Source of the DNA: Malacoraja senta
Taxonomy: Eukaryota
Direction: 5' to 3'
DNA: 64,000 bases
Assembly: GCA_038087875.1 (NCBI GenBank)
Contig: CM075979.1
Coordinates: 75,826,001-75,890,000, forward strand
In this document: piece after piece, positions 12,436 to 23,718 of the stretch
Numbering within the stretch: position 1 is the stretch's first letter
How the letters are laid out: each line of letters starts with the position of its first letter
Made by a program: the position numbers and the translations under genes
Notes under the pieces: model-generated
What the model was told of the DNA's origin: nothing
Database searches by the model: none
Seen by the model: the letters and a program-made list of their open reading frames with translations, nothing else

Positions 12436-12644
12436 GTGGAGCTGAATGAAATTGAATCTCGCAGTGAAGAGTATGCTCTCACCAGATCATTTTGTTCCCT
12501 AATAAGCATCTTGGTTGAAAGCTCTTTCCCCACAAACCTTGGAGCAGGACTCCGTCCTCCAGGATTTGATCCATATCTCCGGTTCCTCAGGGACTCTGTG
12601 TTTCTCCGCTTCCAACAAGAGCATACAGGAGAGCTGCAGAAAAG
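12436..12644 (+). CDS. NUP205: NUP205 coding exon 4/32 (apparent 1-nt deletion near 12613)
   Basis: ctcag|..|gtgaga; VELNEIESRSEEY...DSVFLRF, then TRAYRRAAEK only in a shifted frame; 209 nt between phase-0 sites. Confidence 0.93.
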
Positions 12645-12969
12645 GTGAGAAGTAGTCTTGACTTTGGAAGCAAAGCTAAGTTTTTTTATTTTGTCCATGT
12701 TCCTCCATTGAGAACTTTTATGCACCTAGGTATCAGTTCTTTGATGTAAAAATAAAAATGTGGGTAATACTTAGCAGGTCACTATGTCCGAACAGGTAGT
12801 GAAGGGTTATTCCAGAGATGCCAATTGTGAGCTTTATTCCATAGATGCTGCATGGCCTTAAGAGAGTTTACAGCATTTTCTGCACAGATTTCCAGATTCC
12901 TCAATATTTTGAATCAGTCCTTGGGATCTGTAAGATAATACTGATTTTGACATGTATGATCTTCCACAG

Positions 12970-13069
12970 TGGGAGGTGGCTGAAGTTGTACTTGAAGTTT
13001 TCTACAAACTACTGAGAGATTATGAGCCACGATCAGATGATTTTACCGACCAAATGGTGGAGCTTCAAG
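12970..13069 (+). CDS. NUP205: NUP205 coding exon 5/32
   Basis: ccacag|..|gtaagt; WEVAEVVLEVFYKLLRDYEPRSDDFTDQMVELQ. Confidence 0.94.
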
Positions 13070-13089
13070 GTAAGTGATGGAATATAGAT

Positions 13090-13830
13090 AGATCAGCTGC
13101 AGAAATGGGCAGAGAAATGGCAGATGGAGTTTGGCAAGCGTGAGTGTTTGGGAGATTGAGTGTAAGGAGAGAGTATACAGTTAATGGCAAGATCCTTAAA
13201 AGCATTGAAGGGCAGAGGGATATTGGAGTCCAAGTTCATTAGGTCAAAGGTGGCAGGGTGGCAAAGTAGATAGGGTGGTAAAGAAGGCATATGGAATGCT
13301 AGTCATGATGCAGCTCCACTGGACTTTAGTTAGGCTGCATTTGGAGTATTGTGTGCAGTTCTGGTTGCCCCATTTCAAGAAAGATGTGGAGATTTTGGAG
13401 AGGGTGCAGAGGAGGTTTTGTCAGGAATGCTGCCTGGATTAGAGGGTTTCAGCTGTGGGGAGAGGTTGGATAGACTTAAATTGTTTGCTCTGGAGCGGCA
13501 GAGATTAAGGGGTGACTCGAAGTATATAAAATTATGAGACGCATAGATAGGGTGGACAGCCAGAACCTTTTTCACAGGGTGTAAATGTCCAACACTAGAG
13601 GGGGGAAGTTTTATACAGAGAGAGTGGTGGGGCTTGGAACACATTGCCAGGTGTGTGGAGACAGATACGATAATTAAGAGGCTTTTAGAGAGGCACATGG
13701 AAGTGCAGGGAATAGCCGGTTATGGATCATGTACAGGCAGCTGAGATCAGTTTATCTAGGCATCATGTTCGACACAAACATTGTGGGCCGAAGGTCACGT
13801 TCCTGTGGTGTAGTGATCTATGTTCTATGA
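13090..13830 (+). mobile_element. CR1 LINE 3' portion, degenerate
   Basis: LEYCVQFW-type and RLRGD motifs; ctatgttctatg tail. Confidence 0.8.
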
Positions 13831-15090
13831 ATGTTGAGCATTCCTAAGATTGGAGTACATCAAGGGAATCAAACTTGTAAGCTGGAAAGAATTTGGTTTA
13901 TTAATGGTCGTATTGTAGGATTTGCCCAATTATCATGTAATTTATCCTTCAATGGGGTTGAAAGTAAAATTTGAATTGTAAATCCTTCTTCCTCTGAGAT
14001 TTATGCTGATAAAAATGGATATTTCTGGATTAGGGAGTGAAACAGCCCACAAATCAGCACAGCATATTGAGTAAAGAAATCTCCACCCCATTTAATAATC
14101 TCTGTACAGTAGTGATGTGACACTCTTTCCATTGTGGGCTGCTGATGATGGAATTCATTGAATGAGAACACCACAATATCCGTTCGTATTTATTAAAGTG
14201 CAGAGGAAACTTGCCAGTTAAATTAGCATTTACAATTGGAGGTAGTCTGGAATCCAGCATTAAGGGAGCAAAAACAGGATTAAAAAAAAAAGAGTCAACC
14301 TGCTTTTATGAAAGAAATCACGTGTTTAAAACATTTGCTCGAGTTCTTTGAAGATATAACAAACCATGGTGAATAAAAGAGAACCAGTATGTGCTTAATG
14401 CCTAAAAGGCATTGATAAAGTGCCACATAATAGGTTACTGTATAAGATTCAAGCACATGCAGTTGGAGGTCATATCATGACATGGGTAAATGATTGGTTA
14501 TCTCACAGAAAACAGAACTGCGATTAACCAGTAATTTTTGGATTGGCAATTGATAACGAATGGGTGCCACAGTGTTTGCCTTAATTATTTACAATCTATA
14601 ATGACTTGAATTAAGGTACTGGTGTATTCACATGTTTACTGATCAGTGATAAACCTATTGATTGGTAAAATGAGTTTGAGAGGCTGACTAACCTACTCTT
14701 GGTCCTTTCTTATTTGTGCTGGAAGCTAAGTGGGAACAGCTTAAAACTTTCCACATAAACCTTTGTAGCCAACAGGCAAAGATTTTCCAGCCTGCATTAA
14801 AACCACAATAAGATGTCAGCCCAGTCATCGGAGACACACAGTGAATTTTACTTCCAGTCAGGGCTTGCTGGAGGAAGCCATGTACTATTAAGTGAAGTAT
14901 TATGAAACAAAATAACTACAATGTCAAGATATGAGCAACCACAGCATTGAGCAGCTTGCAGATTAAATTTTGTCTGTGTTTTTAATTATATCTTGAGATT
15001 ATTCTCGCCATTTTCATGATGCAGTCATGCAATATCAAACTCTAAAAAATATATTATCGAAAAGAATTACTCCTTTTCTTTGAACCCTAG

Positions 15091-15228
15091 GAGAACTGGT
15101 GGTTGCCTACAAGTCTCCAGGATACAATCTGATGTTTCACTTGTTGAATGATTCTCCAATGCTGAGTCTTTGCCTGAGCCTTTTGGAGGAGGGAGTTAAG
15201 CTGCTAGACACATGTGCACCATTCCCTG
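15091..15228 (+). CDS. NUP205: NUP205 coding exon 6/32
   Basis: ccctag|..|gtaagc; ELVVAYKSPGYNLMFHLLNDSPML...APFP. Confidence 0.94.
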
Positions 15229-15984
15229 GTAAGCAAAGAACAATACACAGTGTAGAAATGAGTTGGGATGCTGATGTGTTTTAATACTGCTTTGTACGGA
15301 TGTATTTCAGAGCTGTGCTATTAGAATTTAACTTGCAAGCCAGAAATATGCTTTTCTACATGCCCTGCAGCTCCCTTGATCCATGCTGTTAAAAAATGAC
15401 TTAATATTTCCTCCTCCTTTATTTATGACACATTTTCAATAACGCAAAACTATTGAGTTCATCGATCTCAGTTTTTCTTATACCTGTTATTTTATTAAGA
15501 AAAGAGTTGTGTTTCTTGATTTGTAACAAGATACCTAGAACATTTGCACAAAATGGCTTTCCTTTCAGTTATACAGATTCATTGCACATCAGGCAGACCA
15601 GCCTCCTCTCAATTGCCTATGTATACAATGCCCAATGCCTCAGGAAAGCAGCCAATGTGATCAAGGATCCCTCCCAAACTCATACTCCCCTTCCCCCTCT
15701 CCTGTTGGGCAAAAGATACAAATGTTTGTAAGCAGGCTCGAGAACAACTTTCCCGCTGTCATCTGCCTGGGTGGAATGCAAAACAAAGATATCCAATGTA
15801 TCTCGGTACATGTGACAATAAAAAACCTAACCTCTCGTTCTCTCCATTCCATCTTTATTTTTCCCTCGCATTCCCCACACACAACCCGCATCACCTTCAG
15901 AATACCTGCATGTTCTATGTTGTTAATCACAGTCATAAAAAATGTTTCAGTTAAAATGTTATAAATGTTATAAAAATGTTTCAG

Positions 15985-16174
15985 GTAAAAAGCTCCTGGA
16001 AAAGGCAGTGGAATATTCTTTGGGTCTTCTGGAGCTGGCCCTGCAGAAGGAGAATCAATTCATGGATTGGCTGAGAGAGAGCCACTCTTCCATCATAGCT
16101 ACACCCCTTGAACAGCTGCTGCAAGGCATCAATCCACGCACCAAAAAAGCTGACCATGTTGTTAACATTGCCCG
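15985..16174 (+). CDS. NUP205: NUP205 coding exon 7/32
   Basis: tttcag|..|gtaagt; KKLLEKAVEYSL...GINPRTKKADHVVNIAR. Confidence 0.94.
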
Positions 16175-16349
16175 GTAAGTCATACCCCGTAAATTTTACA
16201 CATGGTTCTTAGTAATATATAAAACTCCTAACTGGGCGATCATATCTTGGAATAATGGAAGGATAGAACATTAAAGGAGGACAATAAGCGAGTTTGGTAT
16301 TCCGACTGCGCATGCCCAGGTCATAGGTCACTAGCTATAAAACAGTCTT

Positions 16350-17295
16350 GGCAACGGTGGTGCTGCATTGTGTGCAGGCTTGTGTTTCGTCCGTAGTCGG
16401 GGTCGGCTCTCCGTCGCTGCGGGTGCAGTTGAGTTGCTGTTGGGCCGTCCCCGTCCCCTCCCCGATATCCCGTCCCTGTCCGGGGGTGGCCTTAGGTTGG
16501 CGGGGCGGCCCCGGACTAGCAGCCGCTGGCTCCAGCTCGGTTCTGCCTGTCCCGCTGGGTTGGTCGGCAGCCCTCCGCCTCCACCCCCCTCCCCTCAGTC
16601 CGACACCGAGATCCTGCTGAAGATGGGCGACTTGGAGCCGCTGCTGCTGGAGTCGTTCTGGTCGGAGAGAGAGTCTGTGGACGGGCTCCTGCCGCTGGAG
16701 CTGCGGGTACTGTTGGTGATGGTGGTGCTGGCGGCAGCAGCAACCTCCTCCCCCTCCCTTGCCCAGCCCCAAGTTCAGGGTCTGGGCCAGCTCCAACTCC
16801 AGGTCAGGGCTGAAGGCAGCCCTCAGCACGGTCCAGTCTAGCGCTGGGCCGGAGGAGGCCGAGCCCAGACTGGCGCAGGCGAGGCCGGGGCCCTCGCTTC
16901 TCCTCGGGTTTCTGGATGAAGTGGCAGCGGGTACCGTAGGGGCAGAAGTTGGTGGTGTGCAAGGTACGGCTTGTACTTGGGGTAGCGGCTGAGGCCGTGG
17001 GCGAACTGGCACTTGTCGCCGTAGCAGCCCATTGGGGAGCGGGTTCCTCTGGAGTTGGAGCGGGTTAGGCTGGAGTTGGCTCTGGCTGTGGGTCTGGGGC
17101 CGCTGGTGTTGTCGGTCCGGGCTGTCGGTTGGCCTGGCGGGAGAGGCGGAGGTGAGCTGGGGTTGGGACACTCGAGTGTTGGTTGAGGGGTGGGGGGGGG
17201 GTGGGGGGGGGGGGGGGGGGGAGGGGGGGGGGAGGGAGGAACCGTGGATGGTCCAGTGGCGGTTCGGCAGCACTTGTGGGTCTCCCCCCACCCGG
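16350..17295 (-). pseudogene. ZFP36/TIS11-family (ZFP36L1-like) gene-derived copy with internal deletions, antisense in a NUP205 intron
   Basis: Minus strand, in changing frames: CYGDKCQFAHG..LSRYPKYK / LHTTNFCPYGTRCHFIQKPEEKR (tandem CCCH fingers) and C-terminal DSLSDQNDSSSSGSKSPIFSRISVSD* (TGA at 16595-16597); sharp GC/CpG-rich island in AT-rich intron. Confidence 0.88.
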
Positions 17296-19371
17296 GCCTA
17301 CTGAACTATAGGCCCATCACACATTTTGTAGATAGCTCATGAGGTATCTACAAAGACTCCTTCCTCTTCCCTTTTTCCATGTTCCTACAAGCAATGTTCT
17401 TTTTTGAAAGTTAAGTGGAAGGCCATTCAGCCGTTCCATGTATACCATTCATTAAGATCATGTCAGATCTTTTACCTCAGCTCCACGTTCCTATCCCTTG
17501 ATTCCCTTAATATTCAAAAATACATCAATCTCTCTTCAATATATTCAGGGATTAAACTGGAGTTCTCATGGTTAGATAATCCCCAGCATTCACTGCCCAC
17601 ATGAAAATCCACTTAATTTGACATTGTGACCCAGGTTCGAGACACCCAACCAGGGGAAGAACTAATCCTGTATCTACCCTTAAATATTTTGTATGGTTCA
17701 TTGAGATCATCTTTCATTAACACTTAAATCCTCTTGAAATAAAGACCAACATATAATTTTTTTTCCAAATTATTTGTTGCACCTGCACATTACCATTCAA
17801 CGATTTGTTTCCAAGAATACCCAGGCCCAACTGAACATTAACGACCAACATGAGTTTTGGCTAAATTTGTGTATATTTTATTTCATTTGCCATGTCTTTT
17901 CCACTTCATTTTACACAATCTTCATCTCGCAGATCTTTCTTCATCTCTCTCACAACTCTCACTGTCACATAACTTACTACTGACAGCAAACGATGGTATC
18001 TTTTGGTTACTCCTTTCATCCAAATTATTAATTAGATAATGAACTGCTGAGCTCTTAACTCTAAACTCTAAAGTTCACTGAACTCTAAAGCACCAAAATT
18101 ACTGAGAGAATTTGGATAGAACACAGGAAGTCTGGAATGAGAATTCTTCTAATTAAGTACATTCACTGCTCATATGGTGTCCTATACTTCTGGGGGAAAA
18201 CAAATGTTGATTGGGTGACTGCTATTACACATTTCATTGTGCAATCACTCTTTCTTCCACCCGACTGTGGAGCATCCTTGCATCCCACCTCTCTTTCTCT
18301 GCCTCTTAAGGCGTATTTAATTTTCAGGTATACATAGAACATAGTACTTTATAGCACAGGAATAGACCTTCTGACCCACTATATCAGCGCCAATCATGAT
18401 GTCAATTTAATCTACCATTTGCTTGTACATGGTCTATATCCCTCCATCGCATGCCTGTTCATGTGCCTATCTGAATGTGTCTTAAATGGTGTTATTGTAT
18501 CTGCTACCCCCACTTTTCCTGGCAATGTGTTCCAGGCACATACACTGTTTTTAAAAATAAAAACCGTGCTTCGCATGTCTCATTTAAACTTTCCCCCTCT
18601 CACCATAAACCTGTGCCCTCTAATATTTGACATTTTACCCTGTGAAAATGACTGGCTATCCATTCTGTGTGCCTCTCGTAATTTTCTGAAGTTCTATTGG
18701 GTCATCCCAGCCTCTGATGCTCCCGACAAAATAATCCAAAATTCTGATGGCAGCCATTGGCAGAAATGTTCCTCTGCAGGTGCTGCCAGACCTGCTGACT
18801 ATTTCCAGCATTCTCTGTTCATTAGCTACTTACCTTTATAATTTCCAACTCTCATGCCTTTGTTTCAAGTTTCATTTCAATTATATATTTGTATTTCAAA
18901 GAGATTAACCACAGACTTTTATATTAATTATTTATTATTAGTTTAATATTTGAATGTAATTTAGTTTTGTTCATGACACTCCCTTCTCATTCTTTTACTC
19001 TTAGTCCACAGGATATGTTTTTTTCAAATCTCCTTTCCTTATTGTATTGCTGCACATTCCTCTCTCAGCAAATTCCTGAATTCAGTCTTCAGCAGCTATA
19101 TTTCAAAAATGCTTGAAATTAATCTCTGTTCCCAACCTCAGTATTGTGTGCTAATCAGAATTAATTAAGAGAACATAGGTGTGCTCATACCTGAGAATGT
19201 TTTGAATTTAACAGGTCGAGCACACAAAACACTGAAGCTGACTTAGTTACTACCATCTTGGTACCACAACTGGACATCTGTGATTTATGTCTCAATGTTG
19301 AAGTGGTTTTAATCAAGTAACTGTTGAGCAAAAGATTTAATGTCTTCTCAACTGCTTCTCCTGTTCCTCAG

Positions 19372-19492
19372 CTACCTGTGCCATGGAAATACCAACCCTG
19401 ATCTGGCCTTTGAAAGTGCTAAAATTCTCTGCTATATCTCGCGCTATCCAAATATTCAGGTGAAACTTGTGGGAGACTTTACTCAGGACCAG
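19372..19492 (+). CDS. NUP205: NUP205 coding exon 8/32
   Basis: cctcag|..|gtaaga; YLCHGNTNPDLAFESAKILCYISRYPNIQVKLVGDFTQDQ. Confidence 0.94.
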
Positions 19493-19600
19493 GTAAGATG
19501 CACATGTGTATGACTTATGATCTGCTTCATAACCCAAGATACTTATAGCTAGGATATTGAATTGCTCTTGATCTAAAAGTTTTTTTCATCAATCAACTAT

Positions 19601-19990
19601 TGAATGAATGAATGAATGAATATAATAATAATAGATTTTATTTTTTATTACAACTTTAATTGTCATTCAGGTATACACATAGACACAGTGCACATTGAAT
19701 GAAATTTCGTTGCATTGACTCTTCAAAGTAGCAGCAGAATATAACATTTATATCAGGCGATCAGTAAAAGTGCTTAGTGTGTCCATAAAAAAGTGCTTCA
19801 TGTGCATAGTTAAAAAAGGAAAGTTTTTAAAAGTGGCAATGTATAAGAAAGTTCTAGCATCGGTTTGATTGTGAGTTCAATAGTCTTATGGCCTGGGGGA
19901 TGAAGCTGTTGCAGAACCTGGTTGTCCCGCTCTTCATGCTGCGGTACCTCCTCCCAGAGTTCAGCAGTGTAAACAGTCCATATTGTGGGC
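19601..19990 (-). mobile_element. LINE 3' fragment (Rex1/Babar-like) with (GAAT)n/(AAT)n tail
   Basis: Microsatellite tail; minus-strand LPSGRRYRS...SFIPQAIRLLN-type remnant. Confidence 0.65.
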
Positions 19991-20239
19991 TATTATACTA
20001 TTATTGAATTAGTACTATTGTAGAACAGCCTGGGGTATCTCTAACAGAGGTACTCTTACTATGCACCTCATACCTAATCCATGCACCATCCAGGAGTGTT
20101 TGCTGATTCTGTAGGATGGTTGATACACACCTAACTTGACAGGAACTTACCGATGGAGGGGTTGACCACATGAGCTTGATCTGATTTGATACGATCATGG
20201 TTGAAGCTGTGCCATCCACTCCAACTCATTTCAGTTCTT

Positions 20240-21043
20240 GAATTAGAATTTCCTTTATTGTCATTCAGACCTTTCGGTCTGAACGAAATTCCGTGCCTGC
20301 AGTCATACATATAATAAAAATAACAAAAACACACAATAAACACAAATTAACATCCACCACAGTGAGTTCACCAGGCACCTCCTCACTGTGATGGAAGGCA
20401 AAAGTCTTAAAGTCTCTGTCTCTTCCCTCCTTGTTCTCCCTCTGCGCTGAGGCGATCCAGGCTTCCGTTGTTGTGACCCCGCCGGGTGATGGTAAGTTCA
20501 GTCCCGCGGCTGAATCCAAGCGCCGCGAACGGGCCGGTTCAAACTCCGCGGCCCGGGGTGGTCGAAGCTGCCGAAGCTGCCGCCCTCCAGTCCAGCGGAC
20601 GAAGCTGTTGTTGCGGGAGCTCTGGAAAAACAGGTCACCAACCTGTGACCTGCGAGCTCCCGACGATGTCGTCCACTGGGCCCGCGGCCGAGCCTCCGAA
20701 TTCAGGTCGCCGCCGGTACGCCGTCACAGCCCGAAGTCGGCCAGCCTCGCGTTGGTAGGTCCTGGCTGGCTCTGCCTCCGGAGCTTCGAGGTCGGTCGCA
20801 GTTGGAGGCCGCCAGCTCCGCCATCAGGCCTCAGCGGAGACGGAGACGGGGGATACGACAATAAAAAGTCGCACCCCCCCGAAGGAAGAGACCAAAACCA
20901 TGTTTCACCCCCCCCCCCCCACACATACACAACCTAATAAACTAAAATTTAACTAAAACAGGACAAAAGAAAACAACACAAAAATAAAAAAACAGACAGA
21001 CTGCAGGCGAGCCGCAGCTGCCAGGCAGCGCCGCCACTTCCGG
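20240..21043 (-). mobile_element. GC-rich non-autonomous retroelement
   Basis: CpG-rich body; 5' GGAAGTGGCGGCG..CAGTCTGTCTG plus T-rich tract; 3' GACAATAAAGG; architecture shared with 29058-29608. Confidence 0.65.
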
Positions 21044-21364
21044 ATGATTTTGATTCCCATTGTCTCAAAAATGCACGAACAGCTTTTAATAGCCTTGATG
21101 ATTGCATAGATTTACGGTACAAAATGGTCACCCTTCTGTCCTGAGAAGATGCTCCTTAGTTCCAGCCTCCAGACATCCACCTTTACTGTCCGTTTGATGT
21201 AATAATTGGTGCAAACTCCTTTATTCTGCAGTAATTGCAAGATCAACCAGAGCATAGGAATGAAGTTAATATTAGTTATTTTTTACCCTATGGACATATG
21301 TTCTAAATGGACGATTCCCAAGTGTGTATCCCTCTGACACTAATTTGTTCTTGTTGTTATGTAG

Positions 21365-21446
21365 ACTGTCAGTGAAACGTTGATGGGTGGTTTTGTGGAG
21401 TGTTTGGATAGTGAAGGTGCTGAGGAAATGATTCAACCTGAAAATG
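21365..21446 (+). CDS. NUP205: NUP205 coding exon 9/32
   Basis: atgtag|..|gtaagt; TVSETLMGGFVECLDSEGAEEMIQPEN. Confidence 0.92.
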
Positions 21447-22726
21447 GTAAGTGCTCATGTGGGGAAAAAAAAAAGTAGATTAAAAATGAGGACAAAATTG
21501 ATGCATGAATTTAAAATACACGTTATACTGTAAAACTCTCCTGCAAATGAATTAATATTGGAATTAATAAACTCGTTTTGGCTTTGTGCCTCTGGAAACT
21601 TTTATTTCCTCAACCTTGACAATCTCCTGCTGGGGCTCCAGATTTGACAAGAAATGGAAGCTAAGAGAAGAACTACAATATTGGTCTTAATGTAAGAGCC
21701 CAGAAGTATAATGTTATGCTACATCTATACAAGGCTTTTGCGAGACCCCAACTGAGTGCTATATGCATTGGGTCTCCTTAATTAAGGAAGTGATTTAAAG
21801 GTCTGGTTCATAGGATTCATTATTGTGCCATGGGTTGATTCAATCAGAGAGGATCGTGTAGAATGTGCTTTTTCTGTTGGAATTTAGAAGAATAAGAAGG
21901 ATTGTTATGAGGTTTGCAAAATTAATTATATAAATATGTTTCCCGGGGTGGAATGTTTCCTGTGGAAGGCATTGTTCCTGAGGTTGCCCACTAATTCTCT
22001 GAGCATTTGGGGTATGCGAGTATAGAGGGAAGAAAGCCAGTGAAAGAGTTGAAAGGAGGGAATGGACAGGAGCTGATTGGTGGAAGGATAAAGGGGAGGA
22101 TAAAGAGCAGGTGGAACTGAGAGGAAGAGGAAGAATTTAAAAAAACATTTTCTAAATGGTAAGAGACTGCAGAGTTATATGCATGTCCTTTCTGCATAAT
22201 TTGCAAAAGGCTCCTATGCAGGTGGAGCAACACATTGAGAAAATGGATGGAATGTTATCCTTCATTAATGGGAGAATTGAAATGAAAAGTAGGGAGCTTG
22301 TGCTTCAGCTAGTGAAGGCATAATGTCTTATTTATGGAAGGACGTTAATTTGTTGGGTGAATCTTTACAGAAAGATTGCATAATCTAGGCTTGTATCTGT
22401 TGAATTTAATAAGAGTGAGAGGGATGTTGATTGTCATGTTTCAAACCCTAGGTCTTGACAAGATGGATGGTGAGAATGTTTCCATATGTGGAAAAACCTA
22501 GGTCACTATTTAAAAATAACTTCACCAACATGAAATGTAAATTATTTTTCTCCTTCCAAAGATGCCAACTAACCTGTTGAATGTTTCCAGCCTTTTCTGT
22601 TTTTATTTCGCACCCCTCTGCCTACCCATCTCACTGACCTTCTGGATTATGTATCTTCATTCTTATGTATCTTCATTCTTGCTGGCAAGAAACTATTGCA
22701 TTGTATTCACAAGTTTCTCATTACAG

Positions 22727-22891
22727 CTATTGTTCCAGAGAAGAAATCCAGCTTGGTCAGACATAACATAAAGATACATATCCTGAACTTGCTGATAAAT
22801 TCCTTGGAACTGAAAGCACCCAACTTGGCATTCTACCTGCTGGGTTATGAAGTCCGCAAACCAGTGAATGCTACCAACCTGCAAGATCCTG
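22727..22891 (+). CDS. NUP205: NUP205 coding exon 10/32
   Basis: ttacag|..|gtaact; IVPEKKSSLVRHNIKIHILNLLINSLE...NLQDP. Confidence 0.92.
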
Positions 22892-23593
22892 GTAACTTAA
22901 ACTTAGCTTTATTCCTTGTGCGTTAACATATTTACATGCGGAGCTGTTACTCTATTTCAAAGATGATGACTGAAGAGGATTCTTTGGGATAAAATGTACT
23001 CCCATAGCATAGTGTTAACGTCAGAAACTTTTTCCCAGGATGGAAAAAATCAAATATTAGAGGGCATAGTTTTAAGGTGAGAGGGCAAAGTTTATACAGA
23101 GGTCAGTGAGTACTTGGAACTTACTGCCAGCGACGGTGGTTGAGGCAGATACGATAGTGGCATTTAAGTGACTTTTGGATAGGCACATAGATATGCAGGG
23201 AATGGAGGGATTACGGATTATGTACAACTAGATAAGAAAAGGTCTTGGATATCAATTTCGGTACAAACATTGTGGGAAGGATTTTTTCTTGTGCTGTATT
23301 GTTCTATGTTCTGTATGCTGACATTGGAAATGTTCTTGTTTAGAGAGGCCATTTCTCAAGGTAAGTTTAGGATAAAATGGGTTGTACTTGATAATAAACT
23401 GACAATGCTGCATAATAGCTACAGTACCTCTCACAACCATTGTATGTTCATCCATTCCACCTCTTGCGTCACCCTCATTCATTAATTTGCAGCACCGCAC
23501 GGCCCCTGCACAATATGATTGAAATAAAAAAAATTGTAGACTCATAATCTATTGAGATTTTGTCTAACTTGATTATTTTTTAATATTTATAAG

Positions 23594-23718
23594 GAGTCCT
23601 TGGATGTCCACGAACCTGTCTTCACTCCATTTTAAATATTCTTGAGAAGGGCACGAAAGGAAGAAATGGACCCAGTGTTATCAAAGAGTCCCCTCATTTG
23701 GCCGAGCTTTGCTACCAG
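23594..23718 (+). CDS. NUP205: NUP205 coding exon 11/32
   Basis: tataag|..|gtagga; VLGCPRTCLHSILNILEKG...HLAELCYQ. Confidence 0.94.

Noticed and set aside
16335-17291. 318-aa Pro/Gln-rich ORF on the minus strand
   Set aside because: It mostly reads the ZFP36-like sequence out of frame (fingers and C-terminal motif lie in other frames); long ORFs are expected in such GC-rich DNA.
20265-20937. Several overlapping ORFs (up to 168 aa)
   Set aside because: They lie in a GC-rich repeat and show no recognisable domain or splice context.
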